From: Actinomycetota bacterium
Lineage (GTDB): Bacteria > Actinomycetota > Acidimicrobiia > Acidimicrobiales > Ilumatobacteraceae
Direction: 5' to 3'
DNA length: 64,000 bases
NCBI GenBank assembly: GCA_039185545.1
Contig: JBCDAK010000001.1
Span: 3,652-67,651 of the forward strand
Part shown: one piece after another, positions 1-8,832 of the stretch
How the letters are laid out: each line of letters opens with the position of its first letter
Numbering within the stretch: the stretch's first letter is position 1
Translations under genes and position numbers: made by a program
The notes under the pieces: model-generated
Seen by the model: only the letters and a program-made list of their open reading frames with translations
Told to the model about the DNA's origin: nothing
Databases searched by the model: none

Positions 1-494
1 TGATCGAGACACCCGCCGCCATCTACGCCGTGCGCGACATCGCCGCACACCCCCGGGTGTCGGTGCTCGTGATGGGCACCAACGATCTCGCCCGCGAGCT
101 GCGCTCGCCGATCGTCGCCGGTCGTCACCCGCTCGTTCCGCACCTGGCTGCGTCGGTCCTCGCGGCCCGGGCCGAAGACGTCGTGATCCTCGACGGGGTC
201 TACAACGACGTGAAGAACCCCGACGGGTTCGCCGCCGAGTGTCGCCAGGGCATGGAGATGGGCTTCGACGGCAAGACGCTGATCCACCCGAGCCAGGTCG
301 AGCCAGCGAACGACGCGTGGTCACCGACCGCCGACGAGATCGATCACGCCCGGCGGGTCATCGCCGCGTTCGACGAGGCGGTGGCCGACGGCCGTGGCGT
401 CGTCACGGTCGACGGACGGATGATCGAGAACCTGCACGTCGAGAACGCCCGGCGTGCCCTCGCAGTTGCCGACGCGATCGCCGCGACGAGCTGA
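1..494 (+). CDS. HpcH/HpaI aldolase / citrate lyase beta (CitE-like) family protein, 5'-truncated by the window edge
   Basis: The frame is open upstream of the GTG at 30 (IETPAA from nt 3). CitE-family motifs LVMGTNDL, DGVY, GFDGKTLIHPSQV and GRMIE are present. Confidence 0.88.
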   Translation, partial: IETPAAIYAVRDIAAHPRVSVLVMGTNDLARELRSPIVAGRHPLVPHLAASVLAARAEDVVILDGVYNDVKNPDGFAAECRQGMEMGFDGKTLIHPSQVEPANDAWSPTADEIDHARRVIAAFDEAVADGRGVVTVDGRMIENLHVENARRALAVADAIAATS

Positions 495-547
495 CGTCGA
501 ACGGTCGATCGAACGGAGCGACGGCGGCGACCGCAGCTCCGGCCGGG

Positions 548-2140
548 TCAGGAGGCGCCGCTGCCCTTGAGCACGACGCCGACGGTGCGGGCGCAGATCT
601 TGACGTCGTGCACCAGCGACCAGTTGTCGACGTAGTACAGATCCATCCGCTTGTAGACCTCGAAGGTGCTGTCGGAGCGACCGGACACCTGCCACATGCC
701 GGTCAGGCCGGGCATGACCCGCAGGCGGTCGAGGGTCTCCTCGTCCCACTCCTCGACCTCGCTGGGGAGCGCGGGGCGGGGGCCGACCATGCTCATCGAT
801 CCGAGGAGCACGTTGTAGAGCTGCGGCAGCTCGTCGATGGAGAACTTGCGGAGGTAGCGGCCGACCTTGGTGATGCGCGGGTCGTGCTTCATCTTGAAGA
901 GCGGCCCGTCCATCTCGTTCTGCTCGCGGAGCTCGGCGAGCTTCTCCTCGGCGTTGACGATCATCGTGCGGAACTTGATGACCTCGAACAGCTCGCCGTC
1001 TTTGCCCACCCGGACCTGCTTGAAGAACACGGGCCCGCGCGACGTGGTCTTGATGAGGAGGGCGGCGATGAGCTGGATGGGCAGCGTGAGCACGAACACG
1101 GTTCCGGCGAGAGCGATGTCGTAGGCCCGCTTCGCGACCGCGCGCCATCCGTGACGGATGGTCGGCTCGACGTAGATCATGGTGCGTCCGTCGAGGCTCT
1201 GCGGACGCAGGCGCGTGACGTCGATGTCGCGGAGCGCCGAGGACAGTGCGACGTGGTAGCCGCCGTCGGTGAGGCGACGCGTCAGCTGGTTGACCTCGTT
1301 GGTGGCGACCGAGGCGAGCGACACCACGACGCCGCCGACACGGTTGGCCTGGAGCACCTGCTCGAGCTCGTCGATCTTGCCGATGACCTCGACTCCGTTG
1401 CGCTCGCCGATGTCGTCGTCGCCGACGAAGCCGACGACCTGATAGCCGAGCGACGGGTTGCGCTGGTAGGCGTGCAGCAGACCGATCGCATGTGGGTCGG
1501 TGCCCACGATGACGATGCGGCGAAGCATGCGGCCCTCTTCGCGGAGGGTGCGGAGGCGAGCTCGGACGTACCGACGCTCGAACAGGATCGCCGCGGTGGC
1601 GCAGACGAAGAGTGCGCCGACGTAGAAACGCGAGAGCGAGTCGTACTGGATGCCGAACGAGAGCAGGACGAGGAACGCCACGCCGGTGAACACGGTCTTG
1701 ATGACGTTGCCCGCCTCGACGATGCGGCGCTCGTTGGCCCTCGCGAGATAGAGATGGTTGATCGCAGCTCCGGCGGCGAACGCCGGGAGGCTGGCGGCGA
1801 CGAGCAGGACGTGGTCGAGGACCACGAAGCTGGGGGCGGGACGGAGCACCGCCTGTGCGGCGAACGCGATCGCGGCACCGACGATGAGCGCGGCGAAGTC
1901 GGCGGCGATCATGGCCCGCTTCACGGCGGTCGGGCGCACACGTTTGCGCGCTCGTCGCTCGATCCCCCCGGGGCCGTAGATCGGCCCGGAGCCGCTCTCC
2001 GCGTCGACGTCGGCGTCGGCCGGTGCGTCGGACGGAGCCGCGGTCGGCTCGATCACGGCGGGGTCGGTCGAGAGTTCGTCGGTGACTGACGGGTCCGCAC
2101 CGCCGTTCACTCCCACACCTGGCCTCGCATTCACGTCCAC
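548..2140 (-). CDS. Priming polyprenyl-phosphate hexose-1-phosphate transferase (WcaJ/CpsE/GumD family sugar transferase)
   Basis: N-terminal TM helices, a central CoA-binding-like region (IVIVGT) and the Bac_transf C-terminus (FFKQVRVGKDG..FKFRTM, DPRITKVGRYLRKFSIDELPQL, SMVGPRP, PGLTGMWQV, DLYYVDNWS). Confidence 0.95.
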   Translation of the reverse strand: MDVNARPGVGVNGGADPSVTDELSTDPAVIEPTAAPSDAPADADVDAESGSGPIYGPGGIERRARKRVRPTAVKRAMIAADFAALIVGAAIAFAAQAVLRPAPSFVVLDHVLLVAASLPAFAAGAAINHLYLARANERRIVEAGNVIKTVFTGVAFLVLLSFGIQYDSLSRFYVGALFVCATAAILFERRYVRARLRTLREEGRMLRRIVIVGTDPHAIGLLHAYQRNPSLGYQVVGFVGDDDIGERNGVEVIGKIDELEQVLQANRVGGVVVSLASVATNEVNQLTRRLTDGGYHVALSSALRDIDVTRLRPQSLDGRTMIYVEPTIRHGWRAVAKRAYDIALAGTVFVLTLPIQLIAALLIKTTSRGPVFFKQVRVGKDGELFEVIKFRTMIVNAEEKLAELREQNEMDGPLFKMKHDPRITKVGRYLRKFSIDELPQLYNVLLGSMSMVGPRPALPSEVEEWDEETLDRLRVMPGLTGMWQVSGRSDSTFEVYKRMDLYYVDNWSLVHDVKICARTVGVVLKGSGAS

Positions 2141-2203
2141 ACTCTTACCATCGGACGGTGCGCGGATGCCTTGAAAAGAACCGGATCGAGCCGATTCTGG
2201 ACG

Positions 2204-2223
2204 GATGACACAAACCTGTCATC
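2204..2223. promoter_or_regulatory. Perfect inverted repeat GATGACA-N6-TGTCATC, candidate operator upstream of the priming GT
   Basis: Read directly. The arms are 7 bp with a 6-nt spacer, in a relatively AT-rich intergenic stretch 64-83 nt upstream of the 2140 start. Confidence 0.45.
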
Positions 2224-2463
2224 TTTCGAACGCTCAGGGTGGTGTCTGTCTGTCGTTCGGTGGGGCGTTTTCACGCAGAGCGTGCGTGTGCCATCGCTCG
2301 TGGCGGTACCACGGACGGTGATGACGGTTTCGCGCGGCCCGTGGCGCCCGGCCCGGACGGGGTCGGTGGCGCCGGGCGACGTTCGGTGAGGCACTCGCTG
2401 ACTGTACGCCCATTCCCGCTCTCCGTGGTGTCAGGGAGGGGTCACGGTCCGGTGAGGAACGCG

Positions 2464-5400
2464 TCAGGTCCCGTCGGACGGCTCGTCGTGTGGGTGATCG
2501 TCCCACCGGTCGAGGATCGGGCCGATCCGCGCCCAGAGATCGGTCACGTCGGGATGGCGGAACATCGATTCGTGATCGCCCGGTGTCGTCACCACGTCGA
2601 GTGAGCCCGCGACGTACTCCGACCAGTGGTAGTCCTCGGGTTGGTAGGGCCACATGAGGTCGGCCTTGATGACCGCGACGTCGAACTCGACCACCGACGG
2701 TCGATGGAGCAGGGCGACCTCGGTGAAGTGGTCGTACAGATCGCGAACCCCTTCCTCGAGTTGGTCGCGGAGCTCGGGTGGCACGGGCTCGGCGCCGTGT
2801 TCGAGTTGCGGACCGAGCAACTTCAGCAGTCGACCGCCGAATCGGTTCTTCAGGTACGGCATGGTCGCTCGTGGTCCGGCGGTCGCGACGTGACGGATGA
2901 CGTTCCAGCGCGACGACCAGCGCGGCAGGCTCATCGCTCCGGGTGGCACGCTGTCGAACAGCACGACGCCCCGCACCTCGTGGCCGAGCTCCTGGAGTCG
3001 CCGGCCCATGTCGAGCGCGATCAATCCCCCTCCGGAGAAGCCCCCGAGGAGGTGCGGCCCGTCGGTCTGGGCGGCGAGCGCCTCGACGTATCGCTCGGCC
3101 ATCGCCTCGATCGTCGGGTCGGGTTCGTCGCGATCGTCGATCCCGATCGCCTGGACACCGACCAACGGGCGTCGCTTCCGCATCAACCGCGCCAACGGCG
3201 AGAGGAACATCACATTGCCGCCTGCCCCGTGCACGACCGTGAAGGGCGTGCCCTCGCCGGTCGTGTTGAGTCGCACGAGCGTGCGCGGGGATCGGCGCGG
3301 CGGCGCGTCCGTGCGAGCACCGGTCGCCGCGGTCGCAGAGCTCACCATCCCGGCCGCGGCGCCATCGGCGTCGTCGGCCTCACCGGATCCGTGGACGTCG
3401 TCGACGCCGACCCGGTCATCGACATCGGGATCGGCGGTGCGCAGCACGGTGGCGAGCTCGTCGATCGTCGGCGCCTCGAGCAGCTCGTCGAGCGCGACGC
3501 GGACCCCGAGCTCGCGATTGATGCGGGCGATCATGCGGATGGCGATGAGTGAGTGGCCGCCGAGTTCGAAGAAGTCGTCGTCGGTGGCGACCGCGACGTC
3601 GAGCAGATCGGCCCACATGCGCTGCAACGCACCCGTGAGTCCGCCGGCGGGCGCGGGCGGTGGCGTCTCGTCGCCGTGTGCGTCGGCGTCGTCGGCCGCA
3701 CGATCGCGGAGTGACTCGAGGTCGACGGTGCTGACGATCAGCCGTTCTGCGCCGTCGTACAGCACACGTTCGAGCAGATCGCCCGCGTCGTCGGCGTGCA
3801 GACCGGCTCCCTCGGCGAGCGCGACGAACCTCGATGCGCCGCGGGGGACCCGCGACCGGCTGGTCCGTGGAACCGGCCCGCTGCGCAGCGACGCGCCCGG
3901 TTCGAGCCGACGGAGGACCAGACGGTCGACGTCGACGAGCGGCTCGCCGTCGACGGTCGTGATCGTGATGTCGACGACGACCCGCCGGTCGGTCCGTTCG
4001 ACCGCCCTCGCCGTGGCATCGACGGTCCCCGGAAGACGGCGGTGCCATCGGAGAGCGTCGAGCGACACGGGAACGAGGAGTCCGTCGAGGTCCGCAGGGC
4101 GGAGTGCTGCACCGAGGCCGACGGCGAGGTCGACGAGTGCGGGGTGGGCGTGCCAGTGGTCGGTGTCGCCCTCGAGATGCGATGGCAACGAGAGCCGGGC
4201 GCGGGCGACCTCGTCGGCGACCCTCCCGAGCTGGTCGGCAGCCCATCGCGGGCCGACGCGGAGCGACGCCTTCTGGGTCGACATCGGGTCGAACCCGGCG
4301 GTGAGATCGGCGAGGTCGAATCGCGTCGCGGAATCGGCCGATCCGGAGTCTCCGGCGCCGGGATCGCGACCGTCGACGGCATGCCGATCGGCGGAAGCGA
4401 CGGCCTGGGAGTGAGTGCGCCACCCCCGACCGAGACCATCGTCGCTCTCGACCTCGAGGTTCCACCGGCGATCGCCGTCTGGACGCACCGTCACGCCCAC
4501 GCTGACGATTCGATCGTCCGGCACGACGAGCGGGTCGATGAACAAGACGTCGGAGACCGTCGGTCGCTCGATCCCGGCGGCCGCACAGGCGGCGAGCATC
4601 AGCTCGAGGTGCCCGGTTGCAGGGAGCAGCGACGTGCCCGTGGCGGTCCGGTGCTCGCCGGCGACCCAGTCGTGTCGGGCGTCGAGTCGCCCGGCGATGC
4701 GCACCGCGCCGTCGTCGCCGGGAAGAGAGTGGCGAGCGGTGAGGACCGGGTGGTCGATCGGGTCGCCGTCGACGAGGCCGAGGCGGAGTACGCGTGCGGC
4801 GTCGGCGGCGAGGCCGATGCCGGCCCACGCGCCCGAGTTGAGCGTGACGACCCGGACTCGTCCCCTCCGGCCGATCGACGCATCGAGCACCGCGTTGGCA
4901 GCGACGTAGGCGACCTGTCCCTCGGCGCCGATGGTGGTACTCGTCGACGACAGCAGCAGCAGGAGGTGGCCGCCGACGGCGTCGAGGGCGGCGGCGAGCT
5001 CGAGGGCGGCGGTCGCCTTCGGTCGGATCACCCCGGCCCGAGTCTCGGGGTCGGAGAGAGCGATGAGCTGATCGTCGAGCGCGCCGGCGGCGTGGATGGC
5101 GCCGTCGACCGAACCGAACCGCTCGACCGTCCGATCGACGGCGTGCCGGACCGCGATCGGGTCGGCGACGTCGGCGACGAGGACCTCGACGTCGGCCCCG
5201 GCCGCGCGGAGGTCACGCACGCGGATGATGCGTCGGCTCGTCGGGTCGGCCGAGCCGTGCTGTGCGATCCAGGCGTCCCACTCGTCGTCCGGCGGGAGCG
5301 GCGACGACGAGGTGACCGCCAGACGGACGCCGTGGGTCACCGCCAGGTGGTGAGCGAACACGAATCCGACGTCACCGAGGCCTCCGGTGACCAGGTAGAC

Positions 5401-8400
5401 GCCGCCGGGGACGAACCGGGAGCCGTCGACGCCGGCACCCACGTCGGCCAATGTGTGGGGATCGTCGACACGCCGTCGCACCAGCTCGGGAACCACGCGT
5501 GAGTTCGCGTCGAGTGCCACGCGAGCGGTCTCGGCCACGAGTTCGTCGACGATGGCGGGGACCCGGCCGACGGTGTCGGGCTCGAGGTCGATCCAGGTGC
5601 TGGCCGTCCCGGCGAACTCCTGCGGTGCGACCATCACGGGTCCGGCGACGAGTGCGTCGGCGGGCCGCATGGCGGGACCGAACGCGTCGCTCGCGCCGAT
5701 GGTGATCGCTGCGAGCGACACACGTTCGTGGGCCAGCGACAGCTCGGCGAGCCGGTCGACCGCGTGGGTGGACCACCTGTCGATGGCGGCGTCGAGATCG
5801 TGATCGGGTCCGTCGCGTCCGATCAGGAGCAGCACGACGTCGTCGGCGCCGCGGAGCGCATCGACATCGCCGTCGGGCCACTCGACGACCGTCATGCCGC
5901 GTCGACGCAACTCGTCGGTAACCGCAGCGGCGAGCCGGCTCGTCGACGCAGCTCCGTCGACGATCCAGATCGACTCGGTGCGGCGGGCGGTCGACTCTCC
6001 GGCGGGTGCGCCCGTGATCCAGATCGGTTCCCAGAACCAGTCGGCCGAGTCGGGGATGCGACTGATCGACGGGGCCGCCGCGGAACCGGTCGTGACCCCG
6101 GTGACCACCGGACGGACCGTCGCGTCGCCGGGGTCGATCCAGTGGCGCGTGCGCTGGAACGGATACGTCGGCAGCCGCCGGCGAACTCGACCGTCGCCGA
6201 GCGGGGGTGTGGGAGGCGAGGGGACACCCGCTGCCCACATGGCCCCGAACGCACCGATCGAGTGGACGGTGTCGTCGATCGAGTCGTTCGGGTGCCGGAG
6301 CGCTGCGATGGCGGCGTGTGGGCCCGACTCGTGGTGCCGTGCGGCGGACGAGAGCGCGTGGCCCGGCCCCAGCTCGACACCGACCCACCGGCCACCGGTG
6401 CCGATCGTGGTGAGACAGTCGGCGAACCGAACCGTGCCGCGCAGGTGATCGACCCAGTACTGCGGATCGGTCGCCTGCTCCGATGAGATCCAGTCGCCCG
6501 TGAGATTCGACGGGTAGGGCGTGGCGGGCGCCGTGAGGCGGACCGCACGGACCGCGTCGTGGAATCGATCGAGAACCGGGTCGAGGATCGGGCTGTGAGC
6601 GGCAGCATCGAGCCGGAGCGGGTGCGCCGACACACCGTCGCCCTCGAGTTCGGCGGCGAACGACTCGATGAGGTCGTGGCGGCCGGCCACGACGCAGTCC
6701 TCCGTGGTGTTCACCACGGCGATGGCGAGGCCGGACGGCAGTCGGTCGAGGCACTCCTTCTCCGCCAGTCCCACCGACAGCATCCCGACGCCCTGCTCGA
6801 CCGCCGCCCCGGCCTCGGTCATCAGGCGACTGCGAGTGACGACCAGGCCGGTCGCGTCGTGGAGGTCGACGACGCCGGCGAGATGAGCGACCACGTACTC
6901 GCCGAGGCTGTGCCCGAGGAGCGCATCGGGTCGGGCTCCCCAGGCCTCCCACTGGCGTGCGAGAGCCACCGACGTGGCGAAGACCGCGGGGAGCGACACG
7001 TCCGCGCGGCGCAACTCGTCGGAGTCGGGGCGTCCGCCGCGCAGCAACGGGTCGAGATCGGGACCGTCGACGTCGCGCACCGATCGGATGATCGTGTCGA
7101 GCGTGTCGTGGAACACCTCGAAGCGAGTATCGAGGCCCTGGGCCATCGACGCGTACTGCGCGCCGCCGCCGGGGAACAGGAACACGAGGCGGGAAGGGTG
7201 CTCGTCGGCCCCTGACGTGAACGAGCGTCGGCGGTCGAGATCGCGCAGCTGGCCGGGTGCCGCACGTGTGTCGGTGACGGTCACGACGCGGCGATGAGCG
7301 TGAACGCGTCGCCCGGTGGCGAGCGTGTGCGCGACGTCGGCGAGTTCGAGGGCGGGCTCGCGCTCGAGATGATCGGCGAGGTCGGACTGCAGCGCGTCGA
7401 GTGCCACCGGGTTGACGGCCGAGAGGGCGAGGACGTGTTCCGGTGGTCCGGGCGCGCCAGCCGGTTCGTCGGGCGCCTGCTCGAAGATCGCGTGAGCGTT
7501 GGTCCCGCCGACCCCGAGCGAACTGACGCCCGCCCGGCGTGGACGGTCGCCGGGCCACGCGGATGCGTCTCCCGAGAGGACGAACGGCGAGCGATCGACG
7601 TCGAGGAGCTCGCTCGGACGCGTGTGGTTGGCGAGCGGGGGGAGCACCTGGTGGCGTAGCGCCTGCACGACCTTGATGGCGCTGGCGACGCCGGCAGCGG
7701 TGTCGAGATGGCCGATGTTGGGCTTCGTCGACGTGAGGCGGCAGAAGCCCGTCTCGTCGGTGGACGCGCGGAACGCCTCGGTCAGCGCGGCGAACTCGAT
7801 CGGGTCGCCGACGGCGGTGCCCGTGCCGTGCCCGTCGACGAGTTCGATGTCGCGCGCGCTCAGCCCGCTCACCGCGAGCGCCTCCTGGACGGCGTCGGCG
7901 TGTCCGTCGACGCTCGGTGCGAGGAAGCCGACCTTGCGCGAGCCGTCGTTGTTGACCGCGGTTCCCTTGATGACCGCCAGGACGGGATCGCCGTCCTGCA
8001 GCGCGTCGGTGAGCCGGCGGATGGCGAGCATGCCCGCGCCACTGGTGAGCACGGTGCCGCCCGATCGCTCGTCGTAGGCGCGGCACCGTCCGTCGGGCGA
8101 GAGGATCTCGCCGTCGCGATAGGTGTACCCGACGCCGTGGGGTACCTCGATCGTCGCGCCGCCGGCGAGTGCGAGGTCGCACTCGAAGCTCAGCAAGCTC
8201 TGCGCCGCCAGGTGGATCGCGACGAGTGAGGTCGAGCAGGCAGTCTGGACGCCGATGGACGGCCCGTGCAGGTCGAGCTTGTACGAGATGAAGGTCGGGA
8301 GGAAGTCCTTGTCGTTCCCGGTGTGACGGAGCAGGAACCACCCGATCCGGTCGACCAGGTCGGTCGTCATGAGGTTGTTGACGAGGTACGTGTTCATGCC

Positions 8401-8832
8401 GCACCCGGCGAACACGCCGATCGCCCCGTCGAACCGTTCGGGCACGATCGCAGCGCCCTCCAGCGCCTCCCATGCGCACTCGAGGAGGTGGCGATGCTGC
8501 GGGTCCATGATGGCGGCGTCGCGTGAACCGATCCCGAAGAACTCGGGGTCGAACAGGTCGACGCCGTCGAGCACGCCGGCGCGTGTCACGTACTCGCGAT
8601 CGTCGACCACCGCAGCCGGCACCCCGGCCTCGACCAGGAGGTCCGGGTCGAGATCGACCAGGCAGTCGTCGCCCGACACGACGCGCTGCCACAGTCGGTC
8701 GACGTCGGGTGCGCCGGGGAACCGCCCCGACATCCCGACGACGGCGAGGTCGGTCTCGGCCACCGCGTCGGCCCGGGCGGGCGCTTCGAGTCCCGCAGCG
8801 TCGACCTCGTCGCGCCGGCCCGTCGACGTCAC
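2464..8832 (-). CDS. Single-module type I polyketide synthase, KS-AT-KR(with inserted DH)-ACP-TE
   Basis: KS triad TACSTS/HGTGT/IGHLD; AT GHSLG with AAHS; KR GGLGDVG and GQVAYVAAN; DH HRTATGTSLLP and HPALVD; ACP GGHSL; TE GFSGG and PGDH. Confidence 0.95.
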   Translation of the reverse strand: MTSTGRRDEVDAAGLEAPARADAVAETDLAVVGMSGRFPGAPDVDRLWQRVVSGDDCLVDLDPDLLVEAGVPAAVVDDREYVTRAGVLDGVDLFDPEFFGIGSRDAAIMDPQHRHLLECAWEALEGAAIVPERFDGAIGVFAGCGMNTYLVNNLMTTDLVDRIGWFLLRHTGNDKDFLPTFISYKLDLHGPSIGVQTACSTSLVAIHLAAQSLLSFECDLALAGGATIEVPHGVGYTYRDGEILSPDGRCRAYDERSGGTVLTSGAGMLAIRRLTDALQDGDPVLAVIKGTAVNNDGSRKVGFLAPSVDGHADAVQEALAVSGLSARDIELVDGHGTGTAVGDPIEFAALTEAFRASTDETGFCRLTSTKPNIGHLDTAAGVASAIKVVQALRHQVLPPLANHTRPSELLDVDRSPFVLSGDASAWPGDRPRRAGVSSLGVGGTNAHAIFEQAPDEPAGAPGPPEHVLALSAVNPVALDALQSDLADHLEREPALELADVAHTLATGRRVHAHRRVVTVTDTRAAPGQLRDLDRRRSFTSGADEHPSRLVFLFPGGGAQYASMAQGLDTRFEVFHDTLDTIIRSVRDVDGPDLDPLLRGGRPDSDELRRADVSLPAVFATSVALARQWEAWGARPDALLGHSLGEYVVAHLAGVVDLHDATGLVVTRSRLMTEAGAAVEQGVGMLSVGLAEKECLDRLPSGLAIAVVNTTEDCVVAGRHDLIESFAAELEGDGVSAHPLRLDAAAHSPILDPVLDRFHDAVRAVRLTAPATPYPSNLTGDWISSEQATDPQYWVDHLRGTVRFADCLTTIGTGGRWVGVELGPGHALSSAARHHESGPHAAIAALRHPNDSIDDTVHSIGAFGAMWAAGVPSPPTPPLGDGRVRRRLPTYPFQRTRHWIDPGDATVRPVVTGVTTGSAAAPSISRIPDSADWFWEPIWITGAPAGESTARRTESIWIVDGAASTSRLAAAVTDELRRRGMTVVEWPDGDVDALRGADDVVLLLIGRDGPDHDLDAAIDRWSTHAVDRLAELSLAHERVSLAAITIGASDAFGPAMRPADALVAGPVMVAPQEFAGTASTWIDLEPDTVGRVPAIVDELVAETARVALDANSRVVPELVRRRVDDPHTLADVGAGVDGSRFVPGGVYLVTGGLGDVGFVFAHHLAVTHGVRLAVTSSSPLPPDDEWDAWIAQHGSADPTSRRIIRVRDLRAAGADVEVLVADVADPIAVRHAVDRTVERFGSVDGAIHAAGALDDQLIALSDPETRAGVIRPKATAALELAAALDAVGGHLLLLLSSTSTTIGAEGQVAYVAANAVLDASIGRRGRVRVVTLNSGAWAGIGLAADAARVLRLGLVDGDPIDHPVLTARHSLPGDDGAVRIAGRLDARHDWVAGEHRTATGTSLLPATGHLELMLAACAAAGIERPTVSDVLFIDPLVVPDDRIVSVGVTVRPDGDRRWNLEVESDDGLGRGWRTHSQAVASADRHAVDGRDPGAGDSGSADSATRFDLADLTAGFDPMSTQKASLRVGPRWAADQLGRVADEVARARLSLPSHLEGDTDHWHAHPALVDLAVGLGAALRPADLDGLLVPVSLDALRWHRRLPGTVDATARAVERTDRRVVVDITITTVDGEPLVDVDRLVLRRLEPGASLRSGPVPRTSRSRVPRGASRFVALAEGAGLHADDAGDLLERVLYDGAERLIVSTVDLESLRDRAADDADAHGDETPPPAPAGGLTGALQRMWADLLDVAVATDDDFFELGGHSLIAIRMIARINRELGVRVALDELLEAPTIDELATVLRTADPDVDDRVGVDDVHGSGEADDADGAAAGMVSSATAATGARTDAPPRRSPRTLVRLNTTGEGTPFTVVHGAGGNVMFLSPLARLMRKRRPLVGVQAIGIDDRDEPDPTIEAMAERYVEALAAQTDGPHLLGGFSGGGLIALDMGRRLQELGHEVRGVVLFDSVPPGAMSLPRWSSRWNVIRHVATAGPRATMPYLKNRFGGRLLKLLGPQLEHGAEPVPPELRDQLEEGVRDLYDHFTEVALLHRPSVVEFDVAVIKADLMWPYQPEDYHWSEYVAGSLDVVTTPGDHESMFRHPDVTDLWARIGPILDRWDDHPHDEPSDGT

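Noticed and set aside
1-494. CitE-like lyase as part of the cluster
   Set aside because: It is convergent with the locus and a common housekeeping family; it more likely marks the left boundary.
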